Positions 1-13,861 of a stretch of 64,000 bases of DNA are shown here, in pieces. Source of the DNA: Octopus vulgaris (taxonomy: Eukaryota); the NCBI GenBank assembly GCA_951406725.2, contig OX597824.1, positions 54,684,001 to 54,748,000 of the forward strand, written 5' to 3'. Position 1 is the first letter of the stretch. Every line of letters starts with the position of its first letter. The notes beneath the pieces were generated by a model that made no database searches, had not been told where the DNA came from, and saw only the letters and a list, made by a program, of their open reading frames with translations. Both the position numbers and the translations under genes were made by a program.

Positions 1-3000
1 CATATTCTTACCTGAAAACTTTTGAGACTTGGGTAAATAAAAGCTTATTATCAGATAACCTAACAGATCACTAGATATTTTGGATAAATACGAGCTCATT
101 AACTTATCTCTACATAATAGATCACTAAATTTTTTGTTATATTTCAAGTACACATTTGCAACATTTTGACACTTTCTAGCCTGAAAACTCTTGAGACTTT
201 AGTGATATCTCGGATAAATATAAGCTAATTATCAATCAATTAACTTATCTCGACCCAACAGATCACTAAATTTTTTGTTGTTTTTCAAGTACACATTTTC
301 AACATTTTGACACTTTTTACCTAAAATAGTTGAGACTTGGGTAAATAAAAGCTTTTTATCAAACATTTAACTAATCTATACCTAATAGATCACTAAATTT
401 TTTGTTGTTTTTCGAGTACACATTTTGCACATTTTGACACTTTGTAACCTGATAAATAAAGCTTATTTTCAGACTTTAGTGATCTGTTAGGAAAAGATAA
501 GTTAATAAGCTTATATTTACCCAAAATATCACTAAAGTCTCAAGAATTTTCACCTGAAAGTGTCAAAATGTTGCAAATGTGTACTTGAAAAACAACAAAA
601 AATTTAGTGATATATTAGGTAAAGATAAATTACCTGATTGATAATAAGCTTAAGTTATATTGATATTTATATTTATCCAAGATATCACTAAAGTCCAAAA
701 ATTTTCATGTTAGAAAGTATCAAAATGTTGCTGGGTATAGATTAGTTAAATGTTTGATAATAAGCTTTTATTTATTGAAGTCTGAAAAGTTTTTAGGTAA
801 GAAAGTGTTAAAATATTGCAAATGTGTACTCCAAAAACAGATTAAATTTTTTGTTGTTTTTGAGTACGCATTTTCATTTTGACACTTTCTTACCTGGGTA
901 AATAAAAGCTTTTTATCAAACATTTAACTAATATATATCACTAAATTTTTTCTTTCTCCAGTACACATTTGCAACAATTTGACACTTTCTTAGCTAAAAA
1001 CTTTTGAGACTTTAGTGATATCAGATAAATATATGCTTATTATCAATCATTTAGTGATCTGTTGATCACTAAATTTTTGTTGTTTTACCAGTACTCATTT
1101 GCAACATTTTGACACTTTCTAACCTAAAAAAGTCTGGGACTTTAGTGATATCTTGGATAAATATGAGCTTATTAACTTATCTCTACCTAACAGATCACTA
1201 AAGTCTCACAGGTTTTCAGGTTACAAAGTGTCAAAGTAATGCAATCGACAAAAAATTTACTGATCTGTTAAGTATAGATTAGTTAAATGTTTGATAAAAA
1301 GCTTTTATTTACCCAATTCTCAACAGTGTTCAGGTTAGAAAATGTCAAAATTTTGAAAATGTGTACTCGAAAAACGGCAAAAAATTTAATCTGTTGGGTA
1401 GAGCTGTTATTTGATTGATAATTAGCTTATATTTATCCAAGATATAGTCTCAAGACTTTTCAATCTAGAAAGTGTCAAAATGTTGCAAATGTGTACTTGA
1501 AATATAACAAAAAATTTAGGTAGAGATAAGTTAATGAGCTCGTATTTATCCAAGATATCACTAAAGTCTGAAAAGTTTTCAGGCAAGAAAGTGTCAAAAT
1601 GTTGCAAACGTGTACTTGAAAAACAACAAAAAAATGTTGTGATCTGTGAGGTAAAGATAAGTTAAATGATAATGTCCCAAAATTTCATTGAGCCCCAAAA
1701 TGATAATAGGCCCCAAAATTTTTTAGGATAGAAAGTGTCAAAATGTTGCAAATGTGTACTTGAAAAACAACAAAAAATTTTGTTCTCTGTTGTGATAAGT
1801 TAACTGATTCAAAAATAAGATATTTATCCAATATATCACTAAAGTCTAAAAAGTTTTCAGGTTAGAAAGTGTCAAAATGTTGCAAATGTGTACATGAGAA
1901 ACAACTAAAATGTTTAGTGATTGATAATTTCCTAAAGTGTTTGGGTTAGAAAGCGTCAAAATGTTGCAAATGTCTTCTCAAAAACCAAAAAATTTAGTGA
2001 ACTGTTAGGTAGAGATAAGTTAATTGTTTAATAATAAGCTTATATTTATCCCAGATATCTCTAAAGTCTTAAAATGTTGCAAATGAGTAATTGAAAAAAC
2101 AACTAAAAATTTAGTGAAGATAATTTAACTGATTGATAATGAGCTTAAAGTTATATTTACTGATCTTATAGGTTCATATAAGATAAGCTTATATTTATCC
2201 AAGATATCACTAAAGTCTAAAAAGTTTTCAGGTTAAAGTCCAAGAATTTTCAGGTTAGAAAGTGTGAAAATGTTGCAAATGTGTACTCGAAAAACAACAA
2301 GGTATTGATTAGTTAAATGTTTGATAATAAGCTTTTCAGGTAAGAAAGTGTCAAAATGTTGCAAATGTGTACTCGAAAAACAACAAAAAATTTAGTGATA
2401 AGGTAATTTATTTATAATTAGCTTATATTTATCCAACATATCACTAAAGTCTCAAAGGTTTTCAAAGTGTAAAAATGTTGCAAATGTGTACTTGAAAAAC
2501 GACAAAATATTTAGTGATCTATATTAGTTAAATGTTTGATAAATAGCTTTTATTTACCCAAGTTTTCAGGTAAGAAAGTGTCAAAATGTTGAAAATGTGT
2601 ACTCGAAAAACAAAAAAATTTAGTGACTTCAGTGATATCTTGGGTAAATATAAATATAAATTTATGCTTAAATATAAATTTAAGATATCTGTGATAAATA
2701 TAAGCTTATTATTAATCAATTAACTTATCAGATGTTGATCTGATTTTTTTTTGTTGTTTTTCAAGTACACATGCAGCATTTTGACACTTTCTAACCTAAA
2801 AAATTTTGGATAAATACGAGCTTATTAACTTATCTCTACTTAACAGACAACTAAATTTTTTGTTATATTTTAAGTACACATTTGCAACATTTTGACACTT
2901 TCTAGCCTGAAAACTCTTGAGACTTTAGTGATTGATATCTTGGATAAATATAAGCTAATTATCAATCAATTAACTTATCTCTACCCAACAGATCACTAAA

Positions 3001-6000
3001 TTTTTTGTTGTTTTTCGAGTACACATTTTCAACATTTTGACACTTAAAATAGTTGAGACTTGGGTATATAAAAGCTTTTCATCAAACATTTAACTAATCT
3101 ATACCTAACAGATCACTAAATTTTTTGTTGTTTTTCGAGTACGCATTTTCATTTTGACATATTCTTACCTGAAAACTTTTGAGACTTGGGTAAATAAAAG
3201 CTTATTATCAGATAACCTAACAGATCACTAGATATTTTGGATAAATACGAGCTCATTAACTTATCTCTACATAATAGATCACTAAATTTTTTGTTATATT
3301 TCAAATACACATTTGCAACATTTTGACACTTTCTAGCCTGAAAACTCTTGAGACTTTAGTGATATCTCGGATAAATATAAGCTAATTATCAATCAATTAA
3401 CTTATCTCGACCCAACAGATCACTAAATTTTTTGTTGTTTTTCAAGTACACATTTTCAACATTTTGACACTTTCTTACCTAAAATAGTTGAGACTTGGGT
3501 AAATAAAAGCTTTTTATCAAACATTTAACTAATCTATACCTAATAGATCACTAAATTTTTTGTTGTTTTTCGAGTACACATTTGCACATTTTGACACTTT
3601 CTAACCTGAAAATTTTTATACTTTAGTGATATCTTTTGGACTAGTGATAAATATAAGCTTATTATCAATCAGTAATACGAACCTAACAGATTAGTAAATT
3701 TTTTGTCGTTTTTCAAGTACACGTTTGCATTACTTTGACACTTTGTAACCTGAAAACCTTTCAGACTTTAGTGATCTGTTAGGAAGAGATAAGTTAATAA
3801 GCTTATATTTACCCAAAATATCACTAAAGTCTCAAGAATTTTCACCTGAAAGTGTCAAAATGTTGCAAATTTGTACTTGAAAAACAACAAAAAATTTAGT
3901 GATATATTAGGTAAAGATAATTTACCTGAAGATAATAAGCTTAAGTTATATTGATATTTATATTTATCCAAGATATCACTAAAGTCCAAAAATTTTCATG
4001 TTAGAAAGTATCAAAATGTTGCTTTTATTTATTGAAGTCTGAAAAGTTTTTAGGTAAGAAAGTCTCAAAATATTGCAAATGTGTACTCCAAAAACAACAG
4101 ATTAAATTTTTTGTTGTTTTTTGAGTACGCATTTTCATTTTGACATATTCTTACCTGAAAACTTTTTAGACTTGGGTAAATAAAAGCTTTTTATCAAACA
4201 TTTAACTAATATATATCACTAAATTTTTTCTTTCTCCAGTACACATTTGCAACAATTTGACACTTTCTTAGCTAAAAACTTTTGAGACTTTAGTGATATC
4301 AGATAAATATATGCTTATTATCAATCATTTAGTGATCTGTTGATCACTAAATTTTTTGTTGTTTTACCAGTACTCATTTGCAACATTTTGACACTTTCTA
4401 ACCTAAAAAAGTCTGGGACTTTAGTGATATCTTGGATAAATATGAGCTTATTAACTTATCTCTACCTAACAGATCACTAAAGTCTCACAGGTTTTCAGGT
4501 TACAAAGTGTCAAAGTAATGCAATCGACAAAAAATTTACTGATCTGTTAAGTATAGATTAGTTAAATGTTTGATAAAAAGCTTTTATTTACCCAATTCTC
4601 AACAGTGTTCAGGTTAGAAAATGTCAAAATTTTGAAAATGTGTACTCGAAAAACAGCAAAAAATTTAATCTGTTGGGTAGAGCTGTTATTTGATTGATAA
4701 TTAGCTTATATTTATCCAAGATATAGTCTCAAGACTTTTCAATCTAGAAAGTGTCAAAATGTTGCAAATGTGTACTTGAAATATAACAAAAAATTTAGGT
4801 AGAGATAAGTTAATGAGCTCGTATTTATCCAAGATATCACTAAAGTCTGAAAAGTTTTCAGGCAAGAAAGTGTCAAAATGTTGCAAACGTGTACTTGAAA
4901 AACAACAAAAAAATGTTGTGATCTGTGAGGTAAAGATAAGTTAAATGATAATGTCCCAAAATTTCATTGAGCCCCAAAATGATAATAGGCCCCAAAATTT
5001 TTTAGGATAGAAAGTGTCAAAATGTTGCAAATGTGTACTTGAAAAACAACAAAAAATTTTGTTCTCTGTTGTGATAAGTTAACTGATTCAAAAATAAGAT
5101 ATTTATCCAATATATCACTAAAGTCTAAAAAGTTTTCAGGTTAGAAAGTGTCAAAATGTTGCAAATGTGTACATGAGAAACAACTAAAATGTTTAGTGAT
5201 TGATAATTTCCTAAAGTGTTTGGGTTAGAAAGCGTCAAAATGTTGCAAATGTCTTCTCAAAAACCAAAAAATTTAGTGAACTGTTAGGTAGAGATAAGTT
5301 AATTGTTTAATAATAAGCTTATATTTATCCCAGATATCTCTAAAGTCTTAAAATGTTGCAAATGAGTAATTGAAAAAACAACTAAAAATTTAGTGAAGAT
5401 AATTTAACTGATTGATAATGAGCTTAAAGTTATATTTACTGATCTTATAGGTTCATATAAGATAAGCTTATATTTATCCAAGATATCACTAAAGTCTAAA
5501 AAGTTTTCAGGTTAAAGTCCAAGAATTTTCAGGTTAGAAAGTGTGAAAATGTTGCAAATGTGTACTCGAAAAACAACAAGGTATTGATTAGTTAAATGTT
5601 TGATAATAAGCTTTTCAGGTAAGAAAGTGTCAAAATGTTGCAAATGTGTACTCGAAAAACAACAAAAAATTTAGTGATAAGGTAATTTATTTATAATTAG
5701 CTTATATTTATCCAACATATCACTAAAGTCTCAAAGGTTTTCAAAGTGTAAAAATGTTGCAAATGTGTACTTGAAAAACGACAAAATATTTAGTGATCTA
5801 TATTAGTTAAATGTTTGATAAATAGCTTTTATTTACCCAAGTTTTCAGGTAAGAAAGTGTCAAAATGTTGAAAATGTGTACTCGAAAAACAAAAAAATTT
5901 AGTGACTTCAGTGATATCTTGGGTAAATATAAATATAAATTTATGCTTAAATATAAATTTAAGATATCTGTGATAAATATAAGCTTATTATTAATCAATT

Positions 6001-9000
6001 AACTTATCAGATGTTGATCTGATTTTTTTTTGTTGTTTTTCAAGTACACATGCAGCATTTTGACACTTTCTAACCTAAAAATTTTGGATAAATACGAGCT
6101 TATTAACTTATCTCTACTTAACAGACAACTAAATTTTTTGTTATATTTTAAGTACACATTTGCAACATTTTGACACTTTCTAGCCTGAAAACTCTTGAGA
6201 CTTTAGTGATTGATATCTTGGATAAATATAAGCTAATTATCAATCAATTAACTTATCTCTACCCAACAGATCACTAAATTTTTTGTTGTTTTTCGAGTAC
6301 ACATTTTCAACATTTTGACACTTAAAATAGTTGAGACTTGGGTATATAAAAGCTTTTCATCAAACATTTAACTAATCTATACCTAACAGATCACTAAATT
6401 TTTTGTTGTTTTTCGAGTACGCATTTTCATTTTGACATATTCTTACCTGAAAACTTTTGAGACTTGGGTAAATAAAAGCTTATTATCAGATAACCTAACA
6501 GATCACTAGATATTTTGGATAAATACGAGCTCATTAACTTATCTCTACATAATAGATCACTAAATTTTTTGTTATATTTCAAGTACACATTTGCAACATT
6601 TTGACACTTTCTAGCCTGAAAACTCTTGAGACTTTAGTGATATCTCGGATAAATATAAGCTAATTATCAATCAATTAACTTATCTCGACCCAACAGATCA
6701 CTAAATTTTTTGTTGTTTTTCAAGTACACATTTTCAACATTTTGACACTTTTTACCTAAAATAGTTGAGACTTGGGTAAATAAAAGCTTTTTATCAAACA
6801 TTTAACTAATCTATACCTAATAGATCACTAAATTTTTTGTTGTTTTTCGAGTACACATTTGCACATTTTGACACTTTGTAACCTGAAAACCTTTCAGACT
6901 TTAGTGATATCTGTTAGGAAAAGATAAGTTAATAAAGCTTATATTTACCCAAAATATCACTAAAGTCTCAAGAATTTTCACCTGAAAGTGTCAAAATGTT
7001 GCAAATGTGTACTTGATTGAAAAACAACAAAAAATTTAGTGATATATTAGGTAAAGATAAATTACCTGATTGATAATAAGCTTAAGTTATATTGATATTT
7101 ATATTTATCCAAGATATCACTAAAGTCCAAAAATTTTCATGTTAGAAAGTATCAAAATGTTGCTGGGTATAGATTAGTTAAATGTTTGATAATAAGCTTT
7201 TATTTATTGAAGTCTGAAAAGTTTTTAGGTAAGAAAGTGTTAAAATATTGCAAATGTGTACTCCAAAAACAGATTAAATTTTTTGTTGTTTTTCGAGTAC
7301 GCATTTTCATTTTGACACTTTCTTACCTGAAAACTTTTTAGACTTGGGTAAATAAAAGCTTTTTATCAAACATTTAACTAATATATATCACTAAATTTTT
7401 TCTTTCTCCAGTACACATTTTGCCACATTTTGACACTTTCTTAGCTAAAAACTTTTGAGACTTTAGTGATATCAGATAAATATATGCTTATTATCAATCA
7501 TTTAGTGATCTGTTGATCACTAAATTTTTTGTTGTTTTACCAGTACTCATTTGCAACATTTTGACACTTTCTAACCTAAAAAAGTCTGGGACTTTAGTGA
7601 TATCTTGGATAAATATGAGCTTATTAACTTATCTCTACCTAACAGATCACTAAAGTCTCACAGGTTTTCAGGTTACAAAGTGTCAAAGTAATGCAATCGA
7701 CAAAAAATTTACTGATCTGTTAAGTATAGATTAGTTAAATGTTTGATAAAAAGCTTTTATTTACCCAATTCTCAACAGTGTTCAGGTTAGAAAATGTCAA
7801 AATTTTGAAAATGTGTACTCGAAAAACAGCAAAAAATTTAATCTGTTGGGTAGAGCTGTTATTTGATTGATAATTAGCTTATATTTATCCAAGATATAGT
7901 CTCAAGACTTTTCAATCTAGAAAGTGTCAAAATGTTGCAAATGTGTACTTGAAATATAACAAAAAATTTAGGTAGAGATAAGTTAATGAGCTCGTATTTA
8001 TCCAAGATATCACTAAAGTCTGAAAAGTTTTCAGGCAAGAAAGTGTCAAAATGTTGCAAACGTGTACTTGAAAAACAACAAAAAAATGTTGTGATCTGTG
8101 AGGTAAAGATAAGTTAAATGATAATGTCCCAAAATTTCATTGAGCCCCAAAATGATAATAGGCCCCAAAATTTTTTAGGATAGAAAGTGTCAAAATGTTG
8201 CAAATGTGTACTTGAAAAACAACAAAAAATTTTGTTCTCTGTTGTGATAAGTTAACTGATTCAAAAATAAGATATTTATCCAATATATCACTAAAGTCTA
8301 AAAAGTTTTCAGGTTAGAAAGTGTCAAAATGTTGCAAATGTGTACATGAGAAACAACTAAAATGTTTAGTGATTGATAATTTCCTAAAGTGTTTGGGTTA
8401 GAAAGCGTCAAAATGTTGCAAATGTCTTCTCAAAAACCAAAAAATTTAGTGAACTGTTAGGTAGAGATAAGTTAATTGTTTAATAATAAGCTTATATTTA
8501 TCCCAGATATCTCTAAAGTCTTAAAATGTTGCAAATGAGTAATTGAAAAAACAACTAAAAATTTAGTGAAGATAATTTAACTGATTGATAATGAGCTTAA
8601 AGTTATATTTACTGATCTTATAGGTTCATATAAGATAAGCTTATATTTATCCAAGATATCACTAAAGTCTAAAAAGTTTTCAGGTTAAAGTCCAAGAATT
8701 TTCAGGTTAGAAAGTGTGAAAATGTTGCAAATGTGTACTCGAAAAAAAACAACAAGGTATTGATTAGTTAAATGTTTGATAATAAGCTTTTCAGGTAAGA
8801 AAGTGTCAAAATGTTGCAAATGTGTACTCGAAAAACAACAAAAAATTTAGTGATAAGGTAATTTATTTATAATTAGCTTATATTTATCCAACATATCACT
8901 AAAGTCTCAAAGGTTTTCAAAGTGTAAAAATGTTGCAAATGTGTACTTGAAAAACGACAAAATATTTAGTGATCTATATTAGTTAAATGTTTGATAAATA

Positions 9001-11946
9001 GCTTTTATTTACCCAAGTTTTCAGGTAAGAAAGTGTCAAAATGTTGAAAATGTGTAGTCGAAAAACAAAAAAATTTAGTGACTTCAGTGATATCTTGGGT
9101 AAATATAAATATAAATTTATGCTTAAATATAAATTTAAGATATCTGTGATAAATATAAGCTTATTATTAATCAATTAACTTATCAGATGTTGATCTGATT
9201 TTTTTTTGTTGTTTTTCAAGTACACATGCAGCATTTTGACACTTTCTAACCTAAAAATTTTGGATAAATACGAGCTTATTAACTTATCTCTACTTAACAG
9301 ACAACTAAATTTTTTGTTATATTTTAAGTACACATTTGCAACATTTTGACACTTTCTAGCCTGAAAACTCTTGAGACTTTAGTGATTGATATCTTGGATA
9401 AATATAAGCTAATTATCAATCAATTAACTTATCTCTACCCAACAGATCACTAAATTTTTTGTTGTTTTTCGAGTACACATTTTCAACATTTTGACACTTT
9501 CTTACAAATAGTTGAGACTTGGGTATATAAAAGCTTTTCATCAAACATTTAACTAATCTATACCTAACAGATCACTAAATTTTTTGTTGTTTTTCGAGTA
9601 CGCATTTTCATTTTGACATATTCTTACCTGAAAACTTTTGAGACTTGGGTAAATAAAAGCTTATTATCAGATAACCTAATAGATCACTAGATATTTTGGA
9701 TAAATACGAGCTCATTAACTTATCTCTACATAATAGATCACTAAATTTTTTGTTATATTTCAAGTACACATTTGCAACATTTTGACACTTTCTAGCCTGA
9801 AAACTCTTGAGACTTTAGTGATATCTCGGATAAATATAAGCTAATTATCAATCAATTAACTTATCTCGACCCAACAGATCACTAAATTTTTTGTTGTTTT
9901 TCAAGTACACATTTTCAACATTTTGACACTTTCTTACCTAAAATAGTTGAGACTTGGGTAAATAAAAGCTTTTTATCAAACATTTAACTAATCTATACCT
10001 AATAGGTCACTAAATTTTTTGTTGTTTTTCGAGTACACATTTGCACATTTTGACACTTTCTAACCTGAAAATTTTTATACTTTAGTGATATCTTTTGGAC
10101 TAGTGATAAATATAAGCTTATTATCAATCAGTAATACGAACCTAACAGATTAGTAAATTTTTTATCGTTTTTCAATTACACGTTTGCATTACTTTGACAC
10201 TTTGTAACCTGAAAACCTTTCAGACTTTAGTGATCTGTTAGGAAGAGAGAAGTTAATAAGCTTATATTTACCCAAAATATCACTAAAGTCTCAAGAATTT
10301 TCACCTGAAAGTGTCAAAATGTTGCAAATGTGTACTTGAAAAACAACAAAAAATTTAGTGATATATTAGGTAAAGATAATTTACCTGATTGATAATAAGC
10401 TTAAGTTATATTGATATTTATATTTATCCAAGATATCACTAAAGTCCAAAAATTTTCATGTTAGAAAGTATCAAAATGTTGCTGGGTATAGATTAGTTAA
10501 ATGTTTGATAATAAGCTTTTATTTATTGAAGTCTGAAAAGTTTTAGGTAAGAAAGTTAAAATATTGCAAATGTGTACTCCAAAAACAACAGATTAAATTT
10601 TTTGTTGTTTTTCGAGTACGCATTTTCATTTTGACACTTTCTTACCTGAAAACTTTTTAGACTTGGGTAAATAAAAGCTTTTTATCAAACATTTAACTAA
10701 TATATATCACTAAATTTTTCTTTCTCCAGTACACATTTTGCCACATTTTGACACTTTCTTAGCTAAAAACTTTTGAGACTTTAGTGATATCAGATAAATA
10801 TATGCTTATTATCAATCATTTAGTGATCTGTTGATCACTAAATTTGTTGTTGTTTTACGAGTACTCATTTGCAACATTTTGACACTTTCTAACCTAAAAA
10901 AGTCTGGGACTTTAGTGATATCTTGGATAAATATGAGCTTATTAACTTATCTCTACCTAACAGATCACTAAAGTCTCACAGGTTTTCAGGTTACAAAGTG
11001 TCAAAGTAATGCAATCGACAAAAAATTTACTGATCTGTTAAGTATAGATTAGTTAAATGTTTGATAAAAAGCTTTTATTTACCCAATTCTCAACAGTGTT
11101 CAGGTTAGAAAATGTCAAAATTTTGAAAATGTGTACTCGAAAAACAGCAAAAAATTTAATCTGTTGGGTAGAGCTGTTATTTGATTGATAATTAGCTTAT
11201 ATTTATCCAAGATATAGTCTCAAGACTTTTCAATCTAGAAAGTGTCAAAATGTTGCAAATGTGTACTTGAAATATAACAAAAAATTTAGGTAGAGATAAG
11301 TTAATGAGCTCGTATTTATCCAAGATATCACTAAAGTCTGAAAAGTTTTCAGGCAAGAAAGTGTCAAAATGTTGCAAACGTGTACTTGAAAAACAACAAA
11401 AAAATGTTGTGATCTGTGAGGTAAAGATAAGTTAAATGATAATGTCCCAAAATTTCATTGAGCCCCAAAATGATAATAGGCCCCAAAATTTTTTAGGATA
11501 GAAAGTGTCAAAATGTTGCAAATGTGTACTTGAAAAACAACAAAAAATTTTGTTCTCTGTTGTGATAAGTTAACTGATTCAAAAATAAGATATTTATCCA
11601 ATATATCACTAAAGTCTAAAAAGTTTTCAGGTTAGAAAGTGTCAAAATGTTGCAAACGTGTCCTCGAAAAACAACAAAAAATTTTGATCTGTTAGGTAAA
11701 TTAAATAATAAGTCCCAAAGTTTTTTAGGATAGAAAGTGTCAAAATGATGCAAATGTGTACGTGAAAAACAACCAAAAAGTTTAGTTATCCAAGATATCA
11801 CCAAAGTCTCGAAAGTTTTCAGGTAAGAAAGTGTGAAAATGTTGCAAATCTGTTAGGTAAAGATAAGTTAAATGATTGATATTTATCGAAGCGATCACTA
11901 AAGTCTAAAAAGTTTTTAGGTTAGAAAGTGTCAAAATGTTGCAAAT
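1..11946. repeat. AT-rich satellite: ~140-bp monomers in alternating orientation blocks, arranged in ~3.2-kb higher-order units
   Basis: The monomer core AAAGTGTCAAAATGTTGCAAATGTGTACTTGAAAAACAAC or its reverse complement recurs throughout (CAAGTACAC at ~145 and ~286). The unit start CATATTCTTACCTGAAAACTTTTGAGAC recurs at 1, 3158, 6436 and 9617. Identical spurious 61-aa ORFs occur at 1422, 4701, 7874 and 11192. Confidence 0.97.
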
Positions 11947-12381
11947 GCTAATTTAGCGCTACGTGATGGCAACGACGATGTTTATAATGAGGCATGAATC
12001 GACATGGACAGACACATCAGACGCGGTTTAAGTGAATTCCATCTGCCAACACCTGTCCATCATGAAGCGCCTATGGATGTTGAATACGTCAGAAAAAACT
12101 ACAACATTGCCGAATTGACGGAAACAATTACGCGAGATGAACCAAGACTTTTGCCTGAACAAAGAGAGATTTATATTGAAATTATTGACAGCGTTAGATT
12201 GAACCAAGGAAAGCTTTTCTTTTTGAATGCTCCAGTTCATACTGGTAAAACTTTCGTTATCAATTTCATTCTCGCAAAGCTGCGAGCTGAACGTCGAATT
12301 GCTATTGCATGTGCCTCAAGTGGTATTGCAGCGACACCGCTTTAAGGCGGCCGTACGGCACACAGTGCATTCAACTTGCCC
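11944..12381 (+). pseudogene. Helitron RepHel PIF1-type helicase fragment (inactivated)
   Basis: Translates as VYNEA*ID...LLPEQREIY...FFLNAPVHTGKTF...IACASSGIAATPL*GGRTAHSAFNLP. This matches Helitron helicase motifs I/Ia (FFLDAPGGTGKTF; ASSGIAATLLxGGRTAHS). It has in-frame stops and a degenerate Walker A, and is cut by the gap. Confidence 0.9.
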
Positions 12382-12481
12382 NNNNNNNNNNNNNNNNNNN
12401 NNNNNNNNNNNNNNNNNNNNNNNNNNNNNNNNNNNNNNNNNNNNNNNNNNNNNNNNNNNNNNNNNNNNNNNNNNNNNNNNN
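12382..12481. other. Assembly gap (100 N)
   Basis: Run of N. Adjacency across the gap is not guaranteed. Confidence 1.
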
Positions 12482-13193
12482 CCAACCCAGGAAAAATAGA
12501 CGAAGACACATTAGCTGGTATAACCCCCCCTTCAACCGTGAGGTCGCTACACCTGTAGCTAAAATCTTCTTCACTCTCCTACAGAAACACTTCCCCACCC
12601 AACATAAGTACTACACTATCCTAAATAAGAACACTATTAGACTCTCCTACTCTACCACGCCCAATATAGCCAGGAACCTAGCCAACAACAATGTGAAAAA
12701 ACTTAATATATCTACTTTTTCCGAGGCCCATCCAACATCCGATAGCAATTGCAACTGCCCTGATAAAACCACTTGCCCCCTCAACAACAACTGTCTACAG
12801 AGGGACCTCGTATATACATGCGAGGTAAGATCAGGCCCTGATGATAAAAGAAAATCCTACATCGGAATGACGTCAAACAGCTTTAAGACCCGCTGGTACG
12901 CCCACACACACTCGTTCCGGCGACCGGATAAATCCAACCAAACTACCCTCGCCGCCCACATCTGGTACCTTAAAAGGAACTCCATCCCCTTCAAGACCAA
13001 GTGGAAACTACTACAGAAGGCGCGTTCGTACACAGGAGGCCATACCTGCTGTGACCTTTGCATTTCGGAGAGCCTAGAGATCTTGTTCGCCAAAGGCCCT
13101 CTCCTTAACAAGATCTCAGAACACTCCCCAAATGCCATGCATAAGAATTATGCAAACTACAAGAACTATAGACCTACCCGGCAACCAGATTGA
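12482..13193 (+). mobile_element. Penelope-like element ORF C-terminus (linker plus GIY-YIG endonuclease with Cys/His motifs)
   Basis: WYNPPF...KHFP...LSYS..N, CNC..K..CPL...CL, LVY...YIGMT..FKTRW..H..SF, LAAHIW.LK, CDLC..E...LLNK. This is the typical PLE C-terminal endonuclease architecture; stop at 13193. Confidence 0.88.
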
Positions 13194-13269
13194 TGACACC
13201 CCACCCACAAACCCCCCCAATCCCACCGTTCCCCTAGCACCCCCGATTACCTTTTCTCCTAAGACCTTT

Positions 13270-13779
13270 CACATATTGTATGTGTACGCTTGTATATGTG
13301 TATCGTAGATATGTATAGAAATGTATGGGTATAGTAGGAATATACGCATGTATTATGTGTGTGTGTGTGTATGTATGTAAATATATATATATGTATGTGT
13401 GTGTGTATGTGTGTGTGTGTATATATGTATATATGTATATATGTGTGTATGCATATGTATGTGTATATGTATGTATGTATATATATGTATGTATATATAA
13501 AATATTATATAATTAGGGCTTAGTAAAATAAATTACTTTGCCACATACTGAACTTTCTAGAAATAGCAGCCAAAAAAGTTTTTTAGCCATTTCCACTACT
13601 TAAAGATAATTTCTCTCAGAAAATGTTTACTCAAAAATAATGGTCCTTTTACATACTGAATACTTGGTGAAATTGATTAATAACTAATTAACTTTACCCT
13701 CAATTGTTGATATATATATATATATATATATACATATATATGTATGTGTATATGTGTGTGTGTGTGTTTGTGTATAAAT

Positions 13780-13811
<32 letters not shown>

Positions 13812-13827
13812 TTATATATATATATAT

Positions 13828-13861
<34 letters not shown>

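Noticed and set aside
1-11946. CRISPR-like array, or repeated 61/63-aa genes
   Set aside because: There are no unique spacers and the context is eukaryotic. The ORFs use non-ATG starts and are by-products of the satellite.
12309-13193. 294-aa ORF as a Helitron-Penelope fusion protein
   Set aside because: It reads through the 100-N gap and is out of frame with the helicase; an artefact.
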